DNA of 64,000 nt, taken from Polyangiaceae bacterium. GTDB lineage: Bacteria; Myxococcota_A; Polyangia; Polyangiales; Polyangiaceae. Shown here piece after piece: positions 1 through 9,531 of this stretch; position 1 is the first letter of the stretch, and each line of letters starts with the position of its first letter. Location: positions 1-64,000 of the forward strand of contig JAPSGB010000008.1 in the NCBI GenBank assembly GCA_035063585.1, given 5' to 3'. The notes under the pieces were generated by a model, which saw only the letters and a program-made list of their open reading frames with translations, did no database searches and had not been told where the DNA came from. The position numbers were made by a program, and so were the translations under genes.

Positions 1-107
1 TCGCGCCGCCCGAGCCCGCGCTCGCGCCGCCCGAGCCCGCGCTCGCGCCGCCCGAGCCCGCGCTCGCGCCGCCCGAGCCCGCGCTCGCGCCGCCCGAGCC
101 CGCGCTC
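1..107 (-). repeat. 21-bp tandem repeat (about 5 copies visible) encoding an SAGSGGA linker
   Basis: Unit ctcgcgccgcccgagcccgcg at 1-20 (partial), 21, 42, 63, 84. Confidence 0.95.
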
Positions 108-1435
108 CCGCCGGTGCCCGGCCCCGTGGCGTCGTCCTTGAAGCCGCCGGCGAGCTGCCAGCCGGGGTTCGTTCCGGAGCCCGCGTAGGCGCCGCGGAAG
201 GTGAAGCCGCCCTTGCTCGCGCCGTTGAAGTCGCGGTCGTAGTCCGTCTCGGAGGACACGCTCGCGAGCGCGAGCGGTGAGCCCTCGCATTTCCCTGCGA
301 GCGGGAAGAAATCCATGGCTCCGAGCGCGAGCGACGGGCTCGCGACGTAGCTCGGCGCGTTCGCCACCGTGTCGGTGAGGTTGTCGCTCTGGTTGGTGAC
401 GTTCCCGCTGATCGCCGTCGTCGCGAAGATGAGGTTGCCGGTCACGAGATCCCCCTCGGAGGCCTTGCTGCCGAAGCCGATCCCGGTTCCGGCCGCGTAG
501 ATGGTGTTGTTATAGACGTGGGCCAGCTTGAGCGGCAAATCGTGGTTCTGAAGGCGGATCGCCGTGCCCTTGACGTCCACGAACACGTTGTCATGCAGGC
601 TCACGCGCCCCGAGCCCTGGAACAGGGACTCGTTCGGGTTGTGGAAGAAGAAGTTGCCGTAGATCTCGTAGAGATCCTGCGAGCCGGGCCCTGAGTCCGG
701 AAAGCCGCCGACCAGGAGGTTCGGGCGGTCGCCGTCGGGACTCGGGCGATCCGTCTTGATGAAGACGTTGTCGCGGATGATGGTGGTGCTGGGCGCGGTC
801 GGCATGCCGGGCACGCTCGCGCGCGGCTTCTGGTACTTGATCTGCATGCCGTAGCCGATCGAGTCTAAGATGAGGTTGCCCTCGATGAGCCCTCCGATGA
901 AGGGGGCCGCGCCGTTCGAGTTGCCGAGGTAGAGCCCGGTGCCGACGCCCGAGATCCGGTTTCGGCGGATGACCCAGCCCCAGGTCGCGACCTTGGTCGA
1001 GATGCCGTCGTGCTGCTGGCTGCCGTCGTGGTTGATGAAGTTGCAGCCTTCGATGGTGATGTGATGAACCACGCCGCTCTTCGCGCTCACGCCGAAGGCG
1101 CCGTCCACGTGGTTGCCGTCGATGGTGACGTTTCTCAGCACGACGTAGCTCGAGTCCTTGATCTCGACGGTGTTACAGCACGGCCCGGGATCGGCGACGA
1201 ACACCGCCGGCGCGCCGGAGGATGGGCCGGCGATGACGATGGGCTTCGCGTCGCTGCCGTTCAGGCCGCTGAGCGTGAGCGTCCGGTAGCGACCGGGCGC
1301 GAGGACGAGCGTGTCGCCCGGCGTGAGGGTGCCGACCTTCGCCTTGTAGTCGCTCGGATCGGCGGGAATGTCCGCGGCCGCTGCGCGCCCGCTCCACACC
1401 AGGATCACGCCCGCCAAGAGTGCTCCGTACCTCAT
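1..1435 (-). CDS. Secreted right-handed beta-helix (pectin-lyase-fold) protein with Gly/Ser linker; 3' end runs off the window
   Basis: Missing from the ORF track, translated manually from ATG 1435: MRYGALLAGVILVWSGRAAAADIPADPSDYKAKVGTLTPGDTLVLAPGRY... Signal peptide, PGDTLVLAPG beta-helix start motif, repeated IRRN/IEGN/IRDN/IYGN/VYNN strands, then SAGSGGA repeats. Confidence 0.8.
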   Translation of the reverse strand, partial: MRYGALLAGVILVWSGRAAAADIPADPSDYKAKVGTLTPGDTLVLAPGRYRTLTLSGLNGSDAKPIVIAGPSSGAPAVFVADPGPCCNTVEIKDSSYVVLRNVTIDGNHVDGAFGVSAKSGVVHHITIEGCNFINHDGSQQHDGISTKVATWGWVIRRNRISGVGTGLYLGNSNGAAPFIGGLIEGNLILDSIGYGMQIKYQKPRASVPGMPTAPSTTIIRDNVFIKTDRPSPDGDRPNLLVGGFPDSGPGSQDLYEIYGNFFFHNPNESLFQGSGRVSLHDNVFVDVKGTAIRLQNHDLPLKLAHVYNNTIYAAGTGIGFGSKASEGDLVTGNLIFATTAISGNVTNQSDNLTDTVANAPSYVASPSLALGAMDFFPLAGKCEGSPLALASVSSETDYDRDFNGASKGGFTFRGAYAGSGTNPGWQLAGGFKDDATGPGTGGSAGSGGASAGSGGASAGSGGASAGSGGASAGSGGA

Positions 1436-1586
1436 GCGCTCGTCTCCTTTCGACTCCGCTCGAGCGACGACTCGACGCGCCCGACCACGTCTATCGGAGC
1501 CCCAATCCTTCAGGCGGTCAAGGCGCGGCGCCGACGCGAACCCGCTCCGCCCACGCGACGCGACGCGGGTGTGTTAGCCTCGTCGA

Positions 1587-1988
1587 GTGCTCCGGTTCGT
1601 CGAGGAGGGGGGGAGCGCGATGTGGGTCGTGCTCGCGGTCGGCGTCGTGGCGCTCGGGTTCGGAGCGGCCGCGCTCCGCTCCGCGGGCCGAGCGCGCGCC
1701 CGGCTCCTCGCGCGCGCGACCGCGAGCCTCTCGGCCGGCCTCGTCACCGCCGGCTTCGGGCTCGGCGCGACCATTTGGACGGTGAGCCGGGTGTTCCGGG
1801 CGGTCGCCGAGGTCGAGCCTTCGATGAAGGCGAACTCGCTCGCGACCGGGATCAGCGGGGCCATGAACAACGCGCTGCTCGGCGTCGCGCTCGCCGTCTT
1901 TCCGCTCGTCGCGGGGCTCATCGCCCTCGCGCGCGCGCTCGCCTTGCCGAGAGCAGGAGACGAGACGAAGCCCCCGGAAGCGCTCTGA
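1587..1988 (+). CDS. Small MotA/TolQ/ExbB-like membrane protein
   Basis: EGG..MW N-terminus, three hydrophobic segments, LATGISGAM resembling the ExbB LAxGIxxAL motif. Confidence 0.6.
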   Translation: MLRFVEEGGSAMWVVLAVGVVALGFGAAALRSAGRARARLLARATASLSAGLVTAGFGLGATIWTVSRVFRAVAEVEPSMKANSLATGISGAMNNALLGVALAVFPLVAGLIALARALALPRAGDETKPPEAL

Positions 1989-2044
1989 CCGCGGGAGCGG
2001 CGCCAGCGATGCGCGCGCGCCCGCCGCGTCGACGATGAGGTGGT

Positions 2045-2067
2045 CGGCCCGGCGCGGAACCGCGCGG
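2045..2067 (+). repeat. REP-like dispersed repeat copy
   Basis: cggcccggcgcggaaccgcgcgg, 1 mismatch to copies at 38225 and 53258; between convergent genes. Confidence 0.75.
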
Positions 2068-2068
2068 G

Positions 2069-3478
2069 TCAGCTCCCGAAGCGCGTGGGGCCGACGCCCG
2101 CGCGCCAAGCGAGGAAGCGCGCCTCGGGCGCGCCGCTCGCGCGGCTCACGATGAGGTGGGTCCGCGACGGGGCGTTGCTCGCCGGGCTGCCGTCGGGCGG
2201 TTCGTCCCCCGCCCACGCGCCGAGGTTCACGTAGGTCGCGTCGCCGCCGGGCGCCCGGCGCACCTCGGGGACGTGGCTGTGCCCCATCACGATGAACGCT
2301 GCCGGGAAGAGCGTCGCGATGCGCGCCGCCTGCTCGCGGAGGGACTCGACCGTGCTCACCTCGCTCCGCACGCGCCGCCAAGCCCACGCTCCGGCGCCGA
2401 TGAGCGTGAGCCCTCCGGCGGCCTCGACCGCGAAGAGTGGCGTCCACCGCGCGATGAGCGCCCAGAGCGCGAGCGCGACCAGCGCTACCGTGAACGCCAC
2501 GCGATCGATCATGAGCCCGGCCAGGATCCGGAGCAGGCTCCGCGTCACCGGCGGCCGCTGCAGTCGCGAGAGCGCGCGCAGCCGTCCGAGGCCCACCTCG
2601 GCAGCCTCGGCGAGGAGCGCCATCTTACGCTCGTGCTCGTCGCGGACGCGGCGCGCGGCCTCGCTCATGTGCTCGCGCCACACCCCGATGGCCGCGGCGA
2701 TCGCGACCACGAAGCGCCGCCCGAGCGCGAACATCCCGCGCGCTCCGAGCTGCGCGGCGAAGCGCAGATAGTCGAGCGCGGTCGCCGTGTCGTGGCCGCT
2801 CTCGAACAGCCCGCGGGTCGGTCGGACCACGATCCGGAGCAGGAGATCCGAGAGTGAGCGGTACGAGCGGCCCGGATCCGAAGGCTTTACCGGATGAAGG
2901 ACGTGCTCGAGCGAGCAGTAGCCGTCGTATTGGTGACCGTGCTCCACATAGACGACGCCCTCCTCGTAATAGAACCAGTCGGCGAAGCGCACGCGCAGCG
3001 CGGCCAGCGGCTCATGCTCCGCGATGAGCGCGCGGAATTCCGCCTGCACGGGGCGCCAGTGGAAATCGACATCGTGGTTGCCGCGCACCACGACGAGCGA
3101 GTTGCCGCAGCCGAGAAAGCGCGCGAGCGCCGCGAACACCTCGCGGTGGCGCGCCGCGACGCGGCGGAGCTTGGCCCGCGTGTGCTCGGCGGTGCTGCCG
3201 AGGCCGTGACGGCGCTCCTCCGCGGAGAGCGTCTTCTCGAGCACGCCCGGCGGCGGCGAGACGCTCATGCCCACGAAATCCACCAGATCCCCAGCGATGA
3301 CCAGCCGCCACGGCCGCCCGCCCTCCGGGCGGAGCCGATACCAGTCGAGGAGCGCGATGAGCTCGCGATCACGCTCCTCGGCGGCGGCGCCGCGCAGCGG
3401 CGCGTCCGGCCGCGCGTGGTGCACGAGGTCGCTGCCGAGGTGCACGTCGGACAAGATGAGGAGGTTGTGCTCGCGCAT
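2069..3478 (-). CDS. Calcineurin-like metallophosphoesterase with two inserted TM helices
   Basis: SDVHLG, GDLVD, GNHD, HGH and GHSH motifs; hydrophobic hairpin before the last motif. Confidence 0.85.
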   Translation of the reverse strand: MREHNLLILSDVHLGSDLVHHARPDAPLRGAAAEERDRELIALLDWYRLRPEGGRPWRLVIAGDLVDFVGMSVSPPPGVLEKTLSAEERRHGLGSTAEHTRAKLRRVAARHREVFAALARFLGCGNSLVVVRGNHDVDFHWRPVQAEFRALIAEHEPLAALRVRFADWFYYEEGVVYVEHGHQYDGYCSLEHVLHPVKPSDPGRSYRSLSDLLLRIVVRPTRGLFESGHDTATALDYLRFAAQLGARGMFALGRRFVVAIAAAIGVWREHMSEAARRVRDEHERKMALLAEAAEVGLGRLRALSRLQRPPVTRSLLRILAGLMIDRVAFTVALVALALWALIARWTPLFAVEAAGGLTLIGAGAWAWRRVRSEVSTVESLREQAARIATLFPAAFIVMGHSHVPEVRRAPGGDATYVNLGAWAGDEPPDGSPASNAPSRTHLIVSRASGAPEARFLAWRAGVGPTRFGS

Positions 3479-3558
3479 CGGGAGAGGAACGCTATGAGTC
3501 TAGTATGACCGCGCCATCGTCGCCGTCACGCGAGCGCCCGCGCTTCGTCCGATTTCCG

Positions 3559-4413
3559 TCATGAAGCGCGGAGTCGCGCGCGAGCGAGCTCACAGGCGAC
3601 CTCGCTCGCGTCGACGCCGGTGGCCTCGCGGCCGAGCCGCCTCGCGACCGCCACCGCGGTGCCGGAGCCGCACATCGGATCGAGCACTCGAGCCCCCTCG
3701 CGCGAGCCGATGAGGATGATACGCTCGAGGAGCGACTCCGGTTTCTGAGTCGGATAACCGGTGGTCTCCTTGACGAGCGGCGTGTTGGCGCGCATCGCGG
3801 GCAGGTCCGTCCATACGCTGCCGAGCCGCCGTCCGTGGTCGGCGTAGTAGCGGTACGTCCTCCCGGCGATGGTGCGCTCGCGGTAGCGGCGACCGTCGGC
3901 GTCCCGGCTCCGGAAGTGCATCTCGAGGCTCGTCGCGGCGTAGGGCTCGCGGAGCGCTGGATGGTCATCGTTCCACACGAGCTCGCGGCCGCGGCTGTAG
4001 ATGAGGATGGTCTGGTGCGTGACGCGCGGCCCGCCCCGGCCGCGCCCGCCGTTGCCCGGCGTCCAGATGAGCTCCCCTCGAAACTGAGCCCGCCCGAACA
4101 CGCCGTCTGCGAGCACCTTGGCGTCGTGGACGGCGCGATGGTCGAGGTGGAGAAAGAGGCCCGACCGCTCGGCCATCGCGTCGCGGACCACGCCGAGCCG
4201 CGGGCGGAGCATGACGAGGAAGGCGTCGAGGCCTCCCCAGCTGTCGCGATAGGCCGCCGCGCCGCGCGCGCGGTCGCCCCGCGCGCCGCGCGCGCGCCGC
4301 GCGCCGCCGGCGTTGAAGGGCGGATCCATGTAGACCAGCTCGAAGCCCGGCTCGAGCGAGGGAACCACCTCGAGGCAGTCGCCGTGCAGGATCGACTCGC
4401 GCGCGGCGCTCAT
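3559..4413 (-). CDS. Site-specific DNA methyltransferase (N6-adenine/N4-cytosine, beta-type), apparently orphan
   Basis: ILHGDCL, DPPF catalytic motif, YPTQKPESL, DPMCGSGT SAM motif; start taken at ATG 4413 overlapping the upstream stop (ATGA). Confidence 0.88.
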   Translation of the reverse strand: MSAARESILHGDCLEVVPSLEPGFELVYMDPPFNAGGARRARGARGDRARGAAAYRDSWGGLDAFLVMLRPRLGVVRDAMAERSGLFLHLDHRAVHDAKVLADGVFGRAQFRGELIWTPGNGGRGRGGPRVTHQTILIYSRGRELVWNDDHPALREPYAATSLEMHFRSRDADGRRYRERTIAGRTYRYYADHGRRLGSVWTDLPAMRANTPLVKETTGYPTQKPESLLERIILIGSREGARVLDPMCGSGTAVAVARRLGREATGVDASEVACELARARLRAS

Positions 4414-5972
4414 CGCCGCCGACGGCGGCGCGCGAGCGCCAGGCCGAGCGCGAGCGCCGCGAGCGCGCCGCTCGTTCCCTGCGGTTCCGCGCCGAGCCGG
4501 CACCCACACCCTCCGCCCTCGGCCGCGTCGGCGCGGCCGGCGCCGGGGTCGGGTGCCTTCAGCCAGAGGTGGCTCGTCACCGTGTGGAGCCGCCCGCCGA
4601 CCAGCACCTCCGCGCGCCAGCGCTCCTCGGCGTCGCCGCTGGTGAGCGGGAACGAGGCCTCGAAGGGATCGCTCGTCACGTCGAGCGGTTCCTGCGGCTC
4701 ACCTTCATGGACCAGGCGGAGCTCGGTGCCCTCGCCGCCCGTGACGCGGACGCGGAGCTCGAGCTTCCGGGCGCGGATGACGTCGTCATCGCCCGGAGCG
4801 ACCGAGGGCGAGAGCTCGATCATCGGATCGTCCGGGCTCTGGAGCTTCACCACCGTGCGACCGTGCCGGACGCCGTCGATGATGGCCGCCGCGCTGAGCT
4901 CGCTCGCGTAGACCATCGTGGTCGGGTTGCCGATGGGGCTCGCGGTCGCGCCGGTGTCCTGCCCGGCCTGGTGATCGTCGCTGCCGCCGATGGCGGTGAT
5001 GTGGTGGCCGCCGTGCGAGAGGTCGTCCCACATCGCGAGGACGCTCTGGATGAAGAGCTGCCCGGCGGGCTGGAGCCCGCCGTTCTCGATCTCGAGCGCG
5101 TCGAGCTGCTCCACCGGCAAGTCGAGGCTCCAGCCGCACCCGATGCAGGTGTCGAAGTCGAGCTTCGGGTGATTCACGGAGAAGAGCCCTCCCTGCTCGT
5201 GGACGGCGGCGGCGGCCGACTCCACCGTGACGCCGGGCTGGCCGAGCTTGTGATCGATCCACTCGGTGACGCCGAGGGCGTTCGCGTGGCCGCGATACGT
5301 GGTCCATTCCATGCCGGGGAGGAAGAGGAGGTCCGGGTGACGCTGCTGCGCGTCGCGGAAGTAGTCCTGCGCGGTGATGGTGTCGTGATCGCTCACCATC
5401 ACGAAGTCGAGGCCGCGGCCGCGCGCGAAGTCGGCGATCTCGTCGAGCTTCGGGCGCGCGTCGCCGCTCTCCCACGAGTGGACGTGAAAATCCCCCGCGT
5501 ACCAACGCGGGCCGAGCGCGAGCGCGGGAGCTGGCTCATAGGGAGCGCGCTCCGGCTGCGCCGGGAGCGTGGGCACGTCGCGAAGCACGATCTCGAGCCC
5601 GTAGCGCGCGGGCGTCTCGACCACCTTGGCCTTGCCGACGATCACGCGCCAGGTGCCGGCCGTGATGGGCCCGGGCACGTAGCTCCGCGAGGCGCGGTCG
5701 ACGCCGACCACGGCCGGCTCGGTGTTGCCGCCGCCCCAGCCGCGGAAGCCCTTGGGATCCTCGAGCCCCCAGTCGAGGATGTTGGCCTCCGAGAGGTCGT
5801 CGTGGCGCACCTCGATCTCGACCGTCCCCGCCTTCACCTCGAAGGGGACGAAGAAGTGATCCGCGCCCCCCATCGGCACGTCACCCTCGATCGGGATCAC
5901 CGTCTCGGCGGCGCTTGCCGCGCGCGCTGCGGCGAGGCTGGCGAAGAGCGCCGCGAGCAAGAGCCGCTTCAT
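4410..5972 (-). CDS. CehA/McbA-family PHP metallohydrolase with MYXO-CTERM-like C-terminal anchor
   Basis: Signal peptide MKRLLLAALFASLAAARAASA; GDFHVHS, SDHD, GMEWT, NHP, GGSDDH motifs; GGGCGC + hydrophobic + RRRRRR tail. Confidence 0.85.
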   Translation of the reverse strand: MKRLLLAALFASLAAARAASAAETVIPIEGDVPMGGADHFFVPFEVKAGTVEIEVRHDDLSEANILDWGLEDPKGFRGWGGGNTEPAVVGVDRASRSYVPGPITAGTWRVIVGKAKVVETPARYGLEIVLRDVPTLPAQPERAPYEPAPALALGPRWYAGDFHVHSWESGDARPKLDEIADFARGRGLDFVMVSDHDTITAQDYFRDAQQRHPDLLFLPGMEWTTYRGHANALGVTEWIDHKLGQPGVTVESAAAAVHEQGGLFSVNHPKLDFDTCIGCGWSLDLPVEQLDALEIENGGLQPAGQLFIQSVLAMWDDLSHGGHHITAIGGSDDHQAGQDTGATASPIGNPTTMVYASELSAAAIIDGVRHGRTVVKLQSPDDPMIELSPSVAPGDDDVIRARKLELRVRVTGGEGTELRLVHEGEPQEPLDVTSDPFEASFPLTSGDAEERWRAEVLVGGRLHTVTSHLWLKAPDPGAGRADAAEGGGCGCRLGAEPQGTSGALAALALGLALARRRRRR

Positions 5973-6029
5973 GCGCCGAGGATACCCCAAGAGGCGGGCT
6001 CGCGCCGGACCGACATGATAAACGACCGG

Positions 6030-6887
6030 CTAAAGTAACCCGGCGGCGCCCCCCGCGGCGACGGGCGGCGCTTCGAGCGGGTCGTCGGCGGCGATGGCGG
6101 CGAGGGTGTCGTCGTCGAGCGCCTCCAGGCTGGGTAGGCTCGGTAGCCAGTCCCAGTGCGGGCCGCCGCTGTCGCAGCCGCGGACCGCGTCCTCCGGCGA
6201 GCACGAGAGGCGAAAGTGCAGGTGATCGTCGTGGGCGAGGCTGTCGCCCGGCTGGAGCAGGACCGTCTCCGCGTGCCACACGAGCGCCGGCTCCTCGCCG
6301 CGCGCGCGCGCGTAGTCGATGATGAGCGCCTCGATGGCGCGGCTGCAGAACAGCCACTGGACGTCCGGGCTGCTCGAGAGGAGCGTCTTGATGAGCAGCC
6401 ACTCGCGCGGCACATCGAGCCGGAGGAAGCTGCCGTCCTCGAGCTCCGCGAGGCCGTCGGCGTCGAAGCGGATGAAGCCGGGGTTCTGGACCGGGGCGCC
6501 GCTCGGGGTGGTGACGTAGAAGAGGAGGTCGGCGTCGCGGCCGGTGCGGTGCGAGTGGTGTCGCGGGATCTTGCCGCCGCGCTCCGCCGAGAGATCGCCG
6601 ATGACGAGCGGCGCGCCGCCCGGGAGCGTCCGCTCGACGACCGCCGCCGCGTTGGTGAGGGCCGCGACCAGGCGCGGGTTGCCCCACACGATGTTCGTGT
6701 ACGGGCGATAGAGGCGGAAGCCTGGACCGGCGCGCGGGAGCGGCGCGCCGCCGGTGAGCACCCCCGAGCTGGGCGTGCCGACCGAGCCGCCGATGCCGGG
6801 CGCGAGCGGGGTGGGAGAGCTGAAGCAACCGACGAGCGCGAGCGACACGGCCGCGGCGGCAAGCCCGGAGCTCCGCGCGCGGCTCAT
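6030..6887 (-). CDS. Penicillin-insensitive murein endopeptidase (MepA-like) lipoprotein
   Basis: True start MSRARSS at 6887 (ATGA overlap with plsB stop); lipobox LVGC; IGDLS..GG, HHSHRTGRDAD and HDDHLH motifs. Confidence 0.82.
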   Translation of the reverse strand: MSRARSSGLAAAAVSLALVGCFSSPTPLAPGIGGSVGTPSSGVLTGGAPLPRAGPGFRLYRPYTNIVWGNPRLVAALTNAAAVVERTLPGGAPLVIGDLSAERGGKIPRHHSHRTGRDADLLFYVTTPSGAPVQNPGFIRFDADGLAELEDGSFLRLDVPREWLLIKTLLSSSPDVQWLFCSRAIEALIIDYARARGEEPALVWHAETVLLQPGDSLAHDDHLHFRLSCSPEDAVRGCDSGGPHWDWLPSLPSLEALDDDTLAAIAADDPLEAPPVAAGGAAGLL

Positions 6888-9523
6888 CTCGACGTGGGCT
6901 CGAGGTAGCCGGTGAGGCGCCCCTCGATGGCCTGCACCGCGCGCGCCGTGGAGAAGCTCTCGGTGAGCGTGAGCTTGCCGTCCGCCTGCGAGAGGTAGCC
7001 TTGATCGACGAAGGAGCGAAACGCATTCTCGAACACGGGCTTGCTCACCGCCTCGCGGCGGTGGAGCTCGCCCGCGAGGAACATCCGGCTGCCGACCGCG
7101 AGCGTGCGCCTCACGAGCTCCTTCTCGCTGAGCGAGCCCTTGACGAGCGCGCCCAGGCTGCGCGCCGCCACTCGATAACCCTCGAGGAAGCTCCGCAAGA
7201 TCGCCGCATAGGCCTCGAGCCACTCGCGTCCGCTCCAGCCGTGGCTGCCGGGGCCCGGCTCGAGCAGCTCGTTCGCGCCGCGCGCGAGCGCGCCCTCGTC
7301 GACGAGCAGCGCGACCGTCTGGTCGAAGATGGCGTCGAAGGCGGCGTCGGCGCGGAAGCGGAACTCGTGCTTGAAGAGCCGAGAGAGGTTCTGCACCCGC
7401 TCGCGCACCAGCGCCTCCGCGACCGGCGGCCCGGGCGGCACGAGCGCGGCGATGGCGACCAGGGCGCGCTCGACGAAGAAGTGCACGATGATGTTCTTCG
7501 ATGAGTCGAGGGCGAGCCGGTGCTCGTCGGGGACGACGTAGATCGCGCCAGGGCCCGCCGGCATGGCGCGGCGCCGGCGCCGCCGCCGCCGCGGGGCGTC
7601 CTCTGCCCCGGGGGCGCTCGCGTCGAGCAGCTCGGCCTCGATGAACATCTGCGCGGCCTCGGTGAGGGCGTCGGGGCGGAGCGCGCCGGCCTCGTCGACG
7701 AGCGAGGGCGACACTCGCGCGCTCATCGCGCGGAGCACGACCAGGAACCGCTCGGAGCGCTCGACCAGCTCCTCGTGCGGCGTGCCGCGCTTCTCGTGGC
7801 TGAGCAGCGCGAGCGCCGCCAGCGCCCCCGGCGTCACGCTCGCCACGCGGTTGATCTCGTCCATGACGCGATTGCCGAGGCGGGTGACCAGGGCGCGCCG
7901 GGCGGCCGGCGTGAGCGCCGCGTCCGCGCCGACGCCGAGCTCCTCGCGGAGCTCGGTGAGGCTCAGGATCTGGCCAATCTGCAGGTTGATGCGCCCGTAG
8001 CGGTGGCGGAGCACGTCGGTCGACTTGAGCAGCCCCGCGGCGTCTTCTCGCGTCTTCTCGCCGCCGGCGAGCTCGCGCTCGTAGCTCTCCACCACGCGTT
8101 CGTAGCCGATGCTCACCGGGACGAAGTAGGTGGTCCGCTGCGGCACGCCGAGCGCGGCGTCCACGATCATGTTGAGGAGGCCAAATTTCGGCTCGAGTAG
8201 CTTTCCGGTGCGGCTCCGGCCGCCCTCGAGGAAGAGCTCGATGGGGAAGCCGTCGCGGATGAGTCGCCGGATGTAGGCGTCCACCACCGCAGCGTAGAGG
8301 CGATCCCCCTTGAACGAGCGTCGGATGAAGAACGCTCCTCCACGCCGAAAGATGGCACCCACCGGAAAGAAATTCAGGTTGTCGCCGGCGGCGATGAGCG
8401 GGATCTGGAGGTTCTCTTCGTTGAAGACGTACGAGAGGAGCAGATAGTCGATGTGGCTCTTGTGGCTCGGCAAGAGCACGAGCGAGCCCTCTTTCGCTGC
8501 GGCGCGGACCCGCGCGAGATCGGCCTTGTCGTACTCGATACCGGCGTAGATCCGGTGAAACACCCGATCGAAGAGCGCCCCGAGGCCGCGGACGGTGGTC
8601 ATGTCCGGGGTCGCCTGGAGGCTGCGGAGCATGTCGAGCGCGCGGCCGGTCATCGCGTAGCGATCGGTCGGCCGCTCGCCGGCGACGTCTTCGATGACCT
8701 TGCGGAGCTTCGGCGTCCGCAGGATCTCCGCGCGCACGCGATCGGGGGGTTTTGCGGCCGGCCCGGTCACCGAGCGCCGCTCGCGCTCGAGCCGCCGCAG
8801 CATGGTGTAGGTCATCCGGCGGACCAGCGCCGGATCGGTCGCGCCCTCGGCGTTCGCGATGAACGCCTCGAGATCGAGCGGCTCGCCGAGCCGGAGCGCG
8901 ACGTGCTTGTAGTTGGCGAGGAACTGCCCGACGGTGCGCGTCGCCGACGGCCACTCGCGCGGGCCGAGCAGGAAATCCAGGCGGTTCGCGCCGCGGGTGT
9001 CAGGGTCCTTCGTCCACACGAAGACCTGAGGGACGAGCAGGATGGGACGGCGCCGCTCGCGCTGTAGGTCGATGAGCGTCCGCAGGAGCGCGTCGCCCTC
9101 CCTGAGCCCGCGCCCGCCGGTCGCGCCGCCGGCGAGATCGAGCACGCCCGGGGGCCGCTTCAGGAACAACATGGCCGAGCCGCTCTGCTCGAGCGCGTCG
9201 CGGAGCTCGTCGGATGGGGTGACTCCCCGGCGCGGGAGGATGGCGTTCAGCCAGCCCTTGCCCATCGGGTTCAAGATCCAGAGCCCGAGGTCGTTGGCGA
9301 AGCGCACCTGCGGGAGCGCGTAGCGCTTGGTCAGGTGATCGAGCGCGAGGAAATCGACGAAGCTGAGGTTGCGGAGGACGTAGACGACCGTCCCGCGGCG
9401 GGCGAGCTCCCGCACCGCCTCGACCCACGCCTCGTCGATCTGGATCCGCTCGAAGAACCGCTCGTAGAGGGCCCGGAGCACCGGGTTCGGGTGATAAGGC
9501 TTGGTGAGCGCGCGGGTCGGCAT
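6884..9523 (-). CDS. plsB: Glycerol-3-phosphate acyltransferase
   Basis: HKSHIDY (HX4D), AAGDNL, GAFFIRR, FLEGGRSRTG motifs; start at MPTRALTK (9523). Confidence 0.9.
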   Translation of the reverse strand: MPTRALTKPYHPNPVLRALYERFFERIQIDEAWVEAVRELARRGTVVYVLRNLSFVDFLALDHLTKRYALPQVRFANDLGLWILNPMGKGWLNAILPRRGVTPSDELRDALEQSGSAMLFLKRPPGVLDLAGGATGGRGLREGDALLRTLIDLQRERRRPILLVPQVFVWTKDPDTRGANRLDFLLGPREWPSATRTVGQFLANYKHVALRLGEPLDLEAFIANAEGATDPALVRRMTYTMLRRLERERRSVTGPAAKPPDRVRAEILRTPKLRKVIEDVAGERPTDRYAMTGRALDMLRSLQATPDMTTVRGLGALFDRVFHRIYAGIEYDKADLARVRAAAKEGSLVLLPSHKSHIDYLLLSYVFNEENLQIPLIAAGDNLNFFPVGAIFRRGGAFFIRRSFKGDRLYAAVVDAYIRRLIRDGFPIELFLEGGRSRTGKLLEPKFGLLNMIVDAALGVPQRTTYFVPVSIGYERVVESYERELAGGEKTREDAAGLLKSTDVLRHRYGRINLQIGQILSLTELREELGVGADAALTPAARRALVTRLGNRVMDEINRVASVTPGALAALALLSHEKRGTPHEELVERSERFLVVLRAMSARVSPSLVDEAGALRPDALTEAAQMFIEAELLDASAPGAEDAPRRRRRRRRAMPAGPGAIYVVPDEHRLALDSSKNIIVHFFVERALVAIAALVPPGPPVAEALVRERVQNLSRLFKHEFRFRADAAFDAIFDQTVALLVDEGALARGANELLEPGPGSHGWSGREWLEAYAAILRSFLEGYRVAARSLGALVKGSLSEKELVRRTLAVGSRMFLAGELHRREAVSKPVFENAFRSFVDQGYLSQADGKLTLTESFSTARAVQAIEGRLTGYLEPTSR

Positions 9524-9531
9524 CGCACGCG

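Noticed and set aside
6888..8954. 974-aa MepA fusion ORF from the track
   Set aside because: The N-terminal part is an Arg/Pro-rich alternate frame over plsB; the real gene starts at 6887
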